From the NCBI RefSeq assembly GCF_001194135.2, contig NC_068981.1:79593520-79648488 (forward strand): DNA of 54,969 bases. The letters run 5' to 3'. Below are positions 1 to 10,756 of the stretch, one piece after another. A program made the translations under genes and the position numbers. This stretch comes from Octopus bimaculoides (taxonomy: Eukaryota). The notes beneath the pieces are model-generated. The model was not told the DNA's origin, did no database searches, and worked only from the letters and a program-made list of their open reading frames with translations. The stretch's first letter is position 1; the number at the start of each line of letters is the position of its first letter.

Positions 1-49
1 TACATATACATACGTACATACATTCATGTAAGTTGTTTTACGTTTCCTT

Positions 50-157
50 AAAATTAGTATCGACCTTATAAGATAAGTACGGGGATCGATTTGATCGACT
101 AAAAAACTATTTAAAAAAGAAAACCTTACAAGCAGTCCCCTAGCATTGCCGCAGCTC
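50..157 (+). mobile_element. Degenerate SINE 3' fragment (tail variant D)
   Basis: aagtacggggatcgatttgatcgact...agcattgccgcag resembles 39795-39930 and the SINE-A core end ggggtcgat...tcgact. Confidence 0.35.
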
Positions 158-171
158 AATATTAGTCTTTA

Positions 172-388
172 GGTAAGGCGACGAGCTGGCAGAATCTTTA
201 CCGAGCCGGAAAAATACTTAGCGGCATTTCGTTCGTCTTTACGTTCTGAGTTCACATTCCACCGAGATAGACTTTGCCTTTCATCTTTTTGGGGTTGATA
301 AAATAAATACCAGTTGAATAGTAGAGTCGATGTACTCGACTTAACTTCCTCCCCCGAAACTGCTGGCTTTGCACCGATATTTGAAACT
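172..388 (+). mobile_element. SINE-A (tRNA-type head, conserved core)
   Basis: Head gagctggcagaatc, B-box-like gagttcacattcc and core gactttgcctttcatc. Flanked by a 14-bp TSD aatattagtcttta (158-171) / aatattaatcttta (389-402). Confidence 0.9.
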
Positions 389-699
389 AATATTAATCTT
401 TAAGAGCATAGTTTGTTTTTTCTTCATTTTTTTTTATAAACTAGATTTACTTCTGTACCACTTAATACGAAATCCTAAATAAGCATCTACATATCCTGTT
501 TTAGTGTATGCAAACCAAAAATTCCAAAAATGTCCCTCGAGACAAGTAAAAATTCTTGTAGCATAAACAGCAACTTTAAAAATTTGATCACGAAGCCTAT
601 GAAATTCTAATAATAAAAATATAAGAAACTATGCTATTGAGAAATGTTATTATTATAGTCCAAAAAATAAAATAAATAAAAGAAAAGAAATTTAAAAAA

Positions 700-915
700 A
701 AGGCAGCGAGCTGGCAGAATCGTTAGCACGCCGGACAAAATACTTAGCGGTATTTCCTCCGTCTTTACGTTCTGAGTTCAAATTCCACTAAGGTCGACTT
801 TGCCTTTCATACTTTCAGACTCGATAAAATAAGTACTAGCTGAGTATTGGGGTCGGTGTAATCGACTTACACCCTCCCCCAAAATATCAGGCATTGTGTC
901 TAAAGTGGAAAGGAT
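700..915 (+). mobile_element. SINE-A
   Basis: Full head, core and aaaggattat tail, colinear with the other copies. Confidence 0.9.
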
Positions 916-949
916 TATAATAGTTCAAAAGCTATTAATCTCAAAGGAA

Positions 950-2770
950 GTAATTCATTCGAGCATTTTGCAAATGAATCATGTCAGAGGGTTTGGCATA
1001 ATGAAGTGGTTCCTCAGGATTGGAGTGGGAAGGATGTATGCGATAATTTTCGTCGTATCTGTCTGTTAGCTGTGGCTGGAAAGGTTCTTTGTAGGATAAT
1101 GCTGGATAGATTTCTTCTGCACATTGCCGATGAGGTTCTACCAGAATCACAATGAGGGTTTAGATGTGGTAGGAGTACTATAGTGATGATATTTTCAGCT
1201 AGACTGCTACAAGAGAAGTGCATTGAACAGGATATGGGCTTATATCAAGTTTTTATTGATCTGACGAAAGCGTTTGATTCTGTAAATAGAGTTGCACTTT
1301 GGGAGATCCTGAAAAGCTGGGCTGCCCTGAAAAAATTGTGAGAATGCCTAGACAATTTCATAACGAGATGGAGGTGAGAGTTAATGTTGAAGGTACCTTG
1401 TCAGATCCAATTTCTGTAGGAAATGGTGTAAAAAGGGTGGTATTCCTGCTCCTGCTTTGTTTGCTCTGTATTTTACAATAGTCTTTTAAATGGTCTTCGA
1501 AGATTGTGCTGAAGAGGTCTTTATAAAATATAAGACAGCGAGAAAATTTTTCAATCTCAAAAGACTCTGTGTCAAAACGAAAGTTCTTCATTCTCACATC
1601 ATCGAGTACTCGTACGCAGATGATTGTGACCTGTTAGCACATTCCCAGGAAGATATGAAATACATGAATGCGATTTCTGCATTTACAGCATTGGGCTTTA
1701 TAATCAACTTGAAGAAAATTGTTCTGATGTACCAACCTCCCTCCTCTAAACTTTATATGGAACCTTCTGTAACTGTGTATGGACAAAAGTTGGAAGTTGT
1801 AACAAAATTCATTTATTTAGGAAGTACTTTGAGCACTACTGTTCTCGATGATGAATCAGCAAGACTAGTAGTACTTTTGTAGGCTTCACAAACGTCTCTG
1901 GTCACGCCATAGTATATCTTTCCAAATTAAAGTTAGGGTTTATAGCACATGTGTTCTGCCATTCCTTGCTCTATGGAAGTGAGACATGGTTTGTTTATCG
2001 TAGGCATTTAAGGCATCTGGAACGATATCAACAATATTGTCTATGGAAAATTCTTGTGATAAATTGGAAAATGGTGATCAGTGGTGAAGAGGTACTTGAG
2101 AGGAGTAGTAGTAGCAGTGTAGACTCGATGATTCTGAAAAGTTGTTTGAGGTGGGGTGGACGTCTGGTGAGAATGATTGGTGAAAACCTTTCGTATGGTA
2201 AACTGGAAGGTGGTAGGAGACCAGCACATAAACCCAAAATGAGGTTCAAGGACTGCCTCAGAATTGCTCTGACACAGATAGGAATTTCAGTTGTTGATTG
2301 GGATAGGGAGACACAAGACACAAGAAATGGATGGAGGAAAAAGAGTGTACAGTGGTTGTATGAAGTTTGAAAGAGAGAGAATGAAGCACGTGAAGATCAA
2401 GAGAAGGCTTAGAAAGAATGAACTTGTGGAAAATGAGGAATGTTGCTTTCTATGCGTGTGATCTGTGGGACGAAATGCTTGGGACATGTAGGCCTGATCA
2501 GCCATCAGAGAACTCACAGGAATCAACCCTTTGTAAATTGTGATACGACTATTGTTAGCAACAGAGAACATGTGCAACTTGTAGAAAGGTGTGTCTTTCA
2601 GCTGGAGGATTGAAAAAACATGGCAAAAGACTTCACACAGTGGCACCTATTTCTTCTGCCAGCCAGCACACCTGTGCATTATGCAATAGAATGTGCAAAT
2701 CTTTGACTGGTCTCAAGAGTCATACAAGGATCTCACATTGCATCATCAATGACTCATTTCAATGATTATT
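950..2770 (+). mobile_element. RTE-clade LINE, 5'-truncated and decayed (RT to 3' end)
   Basis: Translated motifs VAGKVLCRIML, FIDLTKAFDSVNR, YADD, FIYLGS, LLYGSETW, LRWGGRLVRM, PKMRFKD; many stops and frameshifts. Confidence 0.92.
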
Positions 2771-2834
2771 TCTAGCAATGGCTTAGCTCGTATACGAGAA
2801 AGCAGCTGCTATATGTATGTATGTATGTATGTAT

Positions 2835-2935
2835 GTCATTATTCAGTTTATTTCAAGATTTCTTGCCAATAGAGAAAGAACCGGTTTCTAACCTAAATCC
2901 AAGATTCCATTAGAATTTCAACATCAACAACAAGG
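2835..2935 (-). repeat. ~100-bp dispersed repeat embedded in (TATG)n, copy 1
   Basis: Closely similar to the reverse complement of 10040-10140; microsatellite on both sides. Confidence 0.85.
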
Positions 2936-2965
2936 TATTTTTGTATGTGTGTATGTATGTACGTT

Positions 2966-3035
2966 GGCGTTGGTGTAATGGTTAGCACACTTGTTGCGAA
3001 TATAAGAGGTGAGGCTTCCAGTCCCAAGCGTACGG
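2966..3035 (+). pseudogene. Degenerate tRNA-like sequence (pseudogene or SINE head)
   Basis: ggtgtaatggttagcac matches the D-arm/A-box of tRNA-Gln type genes; T-arm and acceptor stem are degraded. Confidence 0.3.
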
Positions 3036-3183
3036 AAAACCCACTTTTTTCTCCATTGAGGGCTTATGTGCCCCAATACTAGACTATTTTATTTAGTCAA
3101 TAAATGGTGATAGTTTATGAGCTTTAAGCTTATAAATATTATTATTTGCAGAACTGTCACTCGTCGCCGCTTCTTCATTTATC

Positions 3184-3184
<1 letters not shown>

Positions 3185-3228
<44 letters not shown>

Positions 3229-3465
3229 ACAGATACACACACGCGCACACAATCCCACACACATATATATATTATGTGTGAGTCTGTGAGCGCGTCATAT
3301 ATATTCACGTGTGTGAATATATATGTATATGTACATACAACAGATTAAAATATATATTAATACATGTGCGTATATAATGCATTTATGTACACGTGCATGT
3401 ATTGTATATGTACGTGTATGTGTTTGTGTTTGTGCGTATGTGTGTATGAATATGTGTGTATAAAT
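3185..3465. repeat. Compound (CA)n/(TA)n/(TG)n microsatellite
   Basis: Seen directly. Confidence 0.95.
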
Positions 3466-3474
3466 GAAATTAAG

Positions 3475-3560
3475 AATCATTTGTCCCATCCAAAAGATTT
3501 TTAATTGTTCCATATTATCATTATGACGTCACAATATCTGCAACGTTTTTTCCGGAACCT
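3475..3560. repeat. Unit X, copy 1 (end segment only)
   Basis: tttttaatt..catatt.tca.tatgacgtc.caatatc.g.aac.tttt.tccgga is shared with 6484-6555 and 9172-9232. Confidence 0.85.
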
Positions 3561-4165
3561 TCTAGATACTTTCTCAGAAGCTATGTTGTTCTTCATGACT
3601 CTTCTTCTGCTCATTCTTGTAATGCCCAGCGTTTCAAAGACCTTATTCAGGAACGACCTGCGAACCATCAACTGCCCACCTCCTCTGATTCCATCCTACA
3701 GCCAGTCTTAAGACAGTCTTCCATCAACTCCAGGTAATTAAACTTCTTCCTATCTTCTACTTTCTTCACTTTCTCTTCCCAGGACAAACGTAACTTCAGT
3801 AGGATTAGCTACCTTGTTGTCTTTGAAGCAAAGATAATATCTGATCTCGACAAAGTTTGGGTGATATATAAAAGAAATTTAAGCTATTTCTCCAGAGCAG
3901 CTTATATCGTTCAATCCAGTGATGTGAAAAGTAAATCATTAGAGCTGTTCTCGGCTCTATTTTTTCCCTTTCTCTCTCTCCTTAACAAAGATTATCTTTC
4001 TGACTCTAGTGTGGGTTGTTTATTGTTACTGATCTCCCTACTCATTGTGTCTCCGGCGATAGCATTCCTCATTCAGTGCCTTGGATGTACCTCTGCTATT
4101 CCTACAATGACAAGATACCATGTTGATGACCCTCAAAGATTCCTGAGCATTTTCGAATCTAAATA
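3561..4165 (-). mobile_element. HERO-like (R2-superfamily, restriction-like endonuclease) non-LTR retrotransposon, 3' fragment
   Basis: Minus-strand translation KALNEECYRRRHNE..TLSRSDIIF..LILLKLRLSWEE..EEVGS*WFAGRS..LGITRMSRRR..SEKVSRRF parallels the HERO C-terminal motifs RYRWRH, RPDIV, ELTVPWEE, EVGCRGF, AEKASRWLW. Confidence 0.72.
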
Positions 4166-4168
4166 ATA

Positions 4169-4171
<3 letters not shown>

Positions 4172-4262
<91 letters not shown>

Positions 4263-4460
4263 TGCGTGTGTGTGTACGTGCGTGTGTGTGTGTACACGCA
4301 CACACACGCACACACACACACACACACCGACGCATAGTCAATGTGTGAGAGAGAGAGAAAGAGAAAGGAACAAGGGCAGAGAGGAGAAGGACATTGATAA
4401 ATACATTGTGGGTGAATGTGTGTGTGTGCGCGCGTGTGTGTGTGCGCGCGTGTGCGCGCG
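4172..4460. repeat. (TG)n/(CA)n/(GA)n compound microsatellite
   Basis: Seen directly. Confidence 0.95.
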
Positions 4461-4488
4461 TATAAAATTTTGTATCATTCGTCTAGTC

Positions 4489-6475
4489 CAGGGGTCACCA
4501 AACAAGGCCTGCGGACCAGATCCGGCCCGCGAAGTCACTCCATCCAGCCCGTCGTCGCACTCTACCTTTCGTGTAAGAACCTACATTGAGAGTTCATTCC
4601 TGCAGCGATCGAGAATGTTTGCTGAAAATGAATGCCGCTTGTATCAGTTACAAAATAGTGTATAATAAGACGGCGGAACGATGAAAATCGTTTACTGGCA
4701 GTAACTCCATCATAGATTGTTTGATGGAAGTAGCAAATGATTTGTCCTGAGAAAGCCGATTTGTTTGGAAGTATCAGGCTTTCAGCAAGTTCAGTTGTGC
4801 GGAGAACAGAAGACCTAGGAGAGAACATAGAGCTGCAGATACGCGAGAAAGCTAGGAACTTCTTGTGGTATTCTCTGGCGCTGGTTGAGTATACTGACCT
4901 CTCGAGTACGTCACAACTTCTCGTTTTCATTCGTGGTGTTAATTTGGACTTTCAGATCACAGAAGAGTTGGCATCTGCTTGCAGCATGCACGGAACAACA
5001 ATTGGAGAAGTCATTTCCATGTAAGTGCAGAAAACTTTGCAAGGCTATAACCTTCAGTAGAATCAGCTTCGATGTGTTACAGTTAATGGAGTAAAAAACA
5101 TGGCTGGAGTGAGGAAGGGTCTGGTGGGGCAGATCAGGACTAAGTCTGAAGATTTTTAACTCCCGGGTGTTCTGTTTATACACGGCATTATACATCAACG
5201 AGCACTCTGTGGGAAAGACTAAGATATTTCTTGCGTACTGAAACCAGTCGTTTCTGCGGTGAACTTTATTCGAGGTCATGCCTCTAATCCCCGTCAGTTC
5301 CATGTTTTTCGTGAAGAAATTGATTCTGAATTCTGTGACTTGCCTTATCACAAAGGATTGAGGTGGCTCGGCTGCAGTAAAGTCCTGTTTCGTTTTTATA
5401 AGCTCTGAATAGAAATAGATATTTTTCTCACTAAAAAGGAGAGAGCTGACCCACTTCTGTCAGATCCTACCTGGCTGTCAAAGTTGTCATTTTTTTATTG
5501 GCATCACATGAATGAATTGAACTTGAAACTTCAGGGAAAGATAACTTTATCTGTGATCTCTACAGAATCATCACAAGATTTCGGATAAAGTTATCATTGT
5601 TTGAATCGCAGCTGGAAGGAGGAAACTTCTCTCATTTTCAGTGTTTCAGAGAGTTTCGCGTTGGAATCGCAGATGTCAACCTCGAGCTTCTGAAGAATAT
5701 TTTTCGTGACTTCAATAAAAAAATAAGAATTTTTTAAAGAGATTTTCAGATCTCAACAAAATTCCAGAATCCATTTGATTGTAACCTTGATAACGTGCCA
5801 GTCGAACTACAGTTGGTGCTCATTGATTTGCAAGCAAATAACTTGTTGAAAGAGAAGCACAGAGAAGGCAAACTTGTTGAATTTTATCGCTGCTTACCTG
5901 ATGATGTGATGAGTTTTCAAAGTTGAAGAAATTTGCCTCTGGTATGGCATCAATGTTTGGAACAGCTTATGTCTGTGAGCAACCATTTTCAAAAATGAAG
6001 AATGTGAAGTCAGCTCATTGAACGAGGTTGACTTATGAACATTTGAAAGCAATTTTCTTGGTTGGATGCAGCAATTCCAAAGCAAATATCGATATCTTAA
6101 AAGCTAAACACCAGTTTCGCAAATCTCACTAATCCCTTTTTGCTACTTAGTTTGTGAGATTCGAATATGTGCGCATGGTTAATATCTAGATCCGCACCCG
6201 GTGGGAAAAAAGGAAACCAAAATGTGTAACAGTTGTAATGCACCGTACATTTAAGGAATATGGTGCAGATCTAGATATTAACCGTGTGCACTTGGTGTCA
6301 TATAATTATCTTATTGCTAACGTCACTTTCTTTGATAACTTCATGGTAAATAAATATGTTGGTTGTCTTTATTTTTTGTCTATTCACTGTACTGTATTGA
6401 ACAAAATGGTTGTGCGGCCCGCGTTAGCCGTTCTCTGTTATCTGGTCCGTTGTGAAAAAAGTTTGGTGACCCCTG
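4489..6475 (+). mobile_element. hAT DNA transposon (SPIN/Buster/GTF2IRD2-like), deleted and decayed transposase
   Basis: Perfect 15-bp TIR caggggtcaccaaac / gtttggtgacccctg and perfect 8-bp TSD gtctagtc (4481-4488, 6476-6483). Motifs YSLALVEYTDLSSTSQLLVFIRGV, HGIIHQ, VNFIRGH, LRWL. Confidence 0.95.
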
Positions 6476-6483
6476 GTCTAGTC

Positions 6484-7410
6484 CAAAGAGTTTTTAATTT
6501 CACCATATTGTCAATATGACGTCGCAATATCCGAAACATTTTCTCCGGAATCTTCAATCCCTTTCAACTGTCCGCCGTGATTAGAGACTAGGGAATGGTT
6601 GCGTCAGGGGACTCGACTTAATATCTAGTGGGAAGTCAGTCATCTTTACCCTGTTGTTGACGTTTGTGGGAATGTTTTATGCACATATGGGTTCTTAATC
6701 GCCCTCTGTAGCATGCTGGTTGATACCATAACATAGTTACAGGTTTGTTTCCGGTGTCCGTATAAACCCTTTGAACAAAGAACCTCCTGAGTTCTAACTA
6801 GAAACATATACTTCACTCTCTTCTTTTAAGGTGGCGAGCTGGCAGAAACGTTAGCACGCCGGGCGAAATGCTTAGCGGTATTTCGTCTGCCGTTACGGTC
6901 TGAGTTCAAATTCCGCCGAGGTCGACTTTGCCTTTCATCCTTTCGGGGTCGATAAATTAAGTACCAGTTACGCACTGGGGTCGATGTAATCGACTTAATC
7001 CCTTTGTCTGTCCTTGTTTGTCCCCTCTATGTTTAGCCCCTTGTGGGCAATAAAGAAATAAGAAACACATACTTCACTCTCGATGTATTCACACAGAACA
7101 TTTTACCGAAAGCAATTGTGTGACTGTAAAGAGACTGTGACATTAAGTACTATAGAAGTGGCGAACAGGAAATAAAGGTTACTCGACATATATTCATAAT
7201 TATGTCAAGAGAATATGGTTATAAACTTGGTAAGTATTTTAAAACATATATTTGTTATTATCAAAATGCCTGATAATATTTTCTCGATGTTTTTATAATG
7301 GCAATCTACTTTCTTCATTTGTTTGCTAAACTTAATGTATCACCATAATTACAAACACAAATACACAGACATCTGTCGTTTCAAGTGTGGATGTGTTTGG
7401 GCCTCTTTCC
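6484..7410. repeat. Unit X, copy 2 (interrupted by a SINE; its first bases lie left of the hAT element)
   Basis: Colinear with 9172-9775, roughly 75-80% identical by eye. Confidence 0.85.
6821..7060 (+). mobile_element. Young SINE-A, tail type 1
   Basis: 21-bp TSD agaaaca(t/c)atacttcactctc at 6800-6820 and 7061-7081; the empty site is present in paralog 9419-9445. Confidence 0.95.
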
Positions 7411-7437
7411 CTCTCCCCCTTCTCTCTCACTCTCTCG

Positions 7438-7493
<56 letters not shown>

Positions 7494-7904
7494 CTTATGT
7501 GCTAAACTAAAACAGGAAGCATCTACACCATGATAGACATGATAGGAGTAGCAGCTAAATCTCTTCCAAATTTCAACCGCCTATTTTATGTAGAAATGTA
7601 TTCATGACCCAACTATATACAGACCTCTCCTCAAATCACACATTATTCTTTCATGTTTATATATACAATTCAGCCAATTGTGTATAGTTATACATATAAG
7701 TATGAACCAAAGAGGTAGACCTCGTAAAACTAAGGAAAGTAGTTCAAATTCTTTCTACGTAAATTCGCCAATAGTTATCATATGTTTACAACCGCTGAAA
7801 ATTTCAGATCTGAAATTCAGCAGTGAGGTGGCTTTCTTAGATCTGAAAAGTATCTGTGTTCTTTCAGCTACGTATAGCTTACATGTTTTAATGATCCTAC
7901 CCCC

Positions 7905-8190
7905 AGTTGTAACTGTCGAGACCCAAGAACCTGTCCACTTGAACAGGGATGCATGATTAAATTCTTCGTATAGAGGCAGGAGTTACAGAAACGCTAGATG
8001 ATAGCGTAACCGAAAAGAGCTACATCGGGCTATGTGAAGGCGACTTCAAAAATCGCTATGCCAACCACATATCTACCTTCCGACACAGGAACAAAAGAAA
8101 AGCCAATAAGTTGGCTGGTCACGCATGGGGTCTGACGCCACATTACATACAGTAAAGTGGTAAATAGTTGAAAAGTTCACAGCCTATGTC
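7905..8190 (+). mobile_element. Penelope-like element, GIY-YIG endonuclease remnant
   Basis: CNCRDPRTCPLEQGC followed by YIGLCEGDFKNRYANHISTFRHRNKRKANKLAGHAW. Confidence 0.8.
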
Positions 8191-9171
8191 AACGGCCCCC
8201 CAAAAACTAATAATAGCTCATAAAAATATGTTTATTAAATAATATTTATCTGTCACCAGATGGAGTACTATTTTTGCTGATCTTACCATCACAAAACAGT
8301 ACACCGTATATACATATACATACATANNNNNNNNNNNNNNNNNNNNNNNNNNNNNNNNNNNNNNNNNNNNNNNNNNNNNNNNNNNNNNNNNNNNNNNNNN
8401 NNNNNNNNNNNNNNNNNNNNNNNNNNAATATTGATTAATGCTTGTATATGAGTGAAATAAATTTTAGCATCATTCGTATATGTATGCTTAATATTTGTAC
8501 CTAACAAGCAAAGCTCTTCATCCTTGCTTTATACAAACATATAGACATGCATAAAACATTGATATATTTTTCTGTGAGATTGCTGAATGGTTACTGAGTT
8601 ATACTGATGGCGTCAATGATACTCGTTTATGTGGGCTTACAAAAGCCATGGAGACTGCCTTTGGTCTTCATACGACAAGTAAAATACATTCTCTGTGGTA
8701 GAGATATCATATAGCAGCTCCCTCTTACGTTCAACCAGCAAAAATTCAAGCACGAAACCATACGGTGTGATTTTGAGAATGAGTTGGTTAATATCAATGA
8801 AATGTTGTGCTACAAAATAGCAATCTACATTTGTGGATCATACATATATATATATACTCAAGAAAGAAGGAACAATTTGAGGCCAAAGAAGGAAATTGTT
8901 GTATCATTTAGAGATCTGCTATATCTAGCGGGTTTATCAAAAGCAGAAAGGTCTTCTTCTTTGAGTCATGCATATATGTATACTTATATATTGTGATTTG
9001 GGGAAGATATGGCCATTATTTCTAATACATCAGCCTGGAGCACTCTACGTCATTGATAGACCTGCTATATCTTGCAAGTCTATCAATGCCACAGCAGCGT
9101 GGTTTGTCTCTTTCATTCATACATATATGTATCATTAATCTTTTCTGATTTACTCGTTTCAGTCATTTGAC

Positions 9172-9775
9172 TTTTTAATTCTTTCATATTGTCATTATGA
9201 CGTCACAATATCCGTAACGTTTTCTCCGGAGCCTTTACAGTGTCTTTAAGCCTTTTGCAGTGACTCGAGACTAGGAAATGTGTGCAGCATTAAGTATTTA
9301 AAGATTAATGTGAAGTCAGTCATCTTTCTCTTGTTTTTGTTGTTTGTGGGACGTTCCATGCACCCTTTTATTCTTAAACACTCTGACAATTTCAAGAAAG
9401 AACTTCCTCTGTTCCGACAAGAAGCATATACTTCACTCTCGATATATTCACACAATATATCTTACCGTAAACAGTTGTGTGACTGTAAAGAGAATGCGAC
9501 ATTAAATGCAATAAAACTGACGAACAAGGAATAAAGGTTACTCGACATATATTCATAGGTACGTCAATAGAATATGGCTATAAACTTGGTATTTTAATGA
9601 AATATATTTGTTGCTATAAAAATGCTTGATAATATTTTCTAGATGTTTTTATAATCATGTAAAATAATTTCTTTATTTGTTGTTCGATAAACTTCTTATG
9701 TCATCACAGTTGCAAATGCAAGTCCACAGACGTCTTTCGTTACAAGTGTCGATGCGTTTGGGCCTTTGTGTAGGA
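9172..9775. repeat. Unit X, copy 3 (no insertions)
   Basis: Colinear with copy 2; about 0.1 kb shorter in the middle. Confidence 0.85.
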
Positions 9776-10039
9776 GTGCATGTTTGTACATGTAGTGTGA
9801 ATCTGTTGATTTACTTTCATTCACTTTTCCCCTTCTCAGCATCCTTTCTGTTTATCTTCTCTCTCCCTCTCTGTATGTCTTTCTCTCTTTCTCACTCGCA
9901 CACATATACACATACGCACGCAGACGCCCGATGTAATATAAACATACATACATACATATATGCATGTATGCATACATATATACACATACATAAAAATACA
10001 AATCTGCACATACATACGTACATACATACATATAGACAT

Positions 10040-10140
10040 ACTCTGTTGATGTTGAAATTCCAATGAAGGATCCTTGGATCTAGGTTAGAAACCAGTTCTT
10101 TCTCTATTGGCAAGAAATTTTGAAATAAACTGAATAATGA
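10040..10140 (+). repeat. ~100-bp repeat embedded in (CATA)n, copy 2
   Basis: Reverse complement of 2835-2935, followed by a long (CATA)n run. Confidence 0.85.
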
Positions 10141-10142
10141 CA

Positions 10143-10176
<34 letters not shown>

Positions 10177-10697
10177 CATACATACATACATACGTACATA
10201 CATACTGTGTTTTCCGTTAGCTTTTTGTTTTCTAATTCTTTAATAAACACGAAGAACGATGCTTCTAAAATGCTCTTTTGTTTAGTGAATGGAAGCATTC
10301 AACAGTAAAAAGCTGAGAAACACTTCCCTGAAGTATCTATAATTGTTTGGCCTCACAAACTTTAGCAACCTTTTCAAGGTGAACTCATTTTTATAGCGTT
10401 GCCAGATCAACAACTATATGACTACACTTTCATATTTGCAGTGCCGCAAATACCGTACTATCGCCCGCGGCAGCCCTTGGTTTGCCTCCCCAACATGGAT
10501 TATAAACTTATACAGTAAATCCAAAAGTACCGGTCCATAAAAGCGCTGCCTGGAGATAAACCCCACCCCAGTTGCTATGCTATTGCATATTTGTTGATAT
10601 AACTGGTATTGTGGCAGCTCCACGCTAAAAAAAAACATCCAATCTATATAATTGCAAAAATTCACTCACCAACATGTACAACCACTCAAATGTACAA

Positions 10698-10756
<59 letters not shown>

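Noticed and set aside
2966-3035. Functional tRNA gene
   Set aside because: Only the D-arm is recognisable; there is no proper T-loop or acceptor stem
3734-3782. Apparent 49-nt GT..AG intron with a pyrimidine tract on the plus strand
   Set aside because: It is the antisense of the purine-rich HERO-like coding strand
4038-4665. Long THTH/CVCV ORFs here and throughout the track
   Set aside because: They are translations of (CA)n, (GA)n and (TATG)n microsatellites
7340-7410. Cys/His-rich peptide similarity between unit X copies (HHNYKHKYTDICRFKCGCVWA versus HHSCKCKSTDVFRYKCRCVWA)
   Set aside because: Second codon positions are the most variable, which fits non-coding divergence
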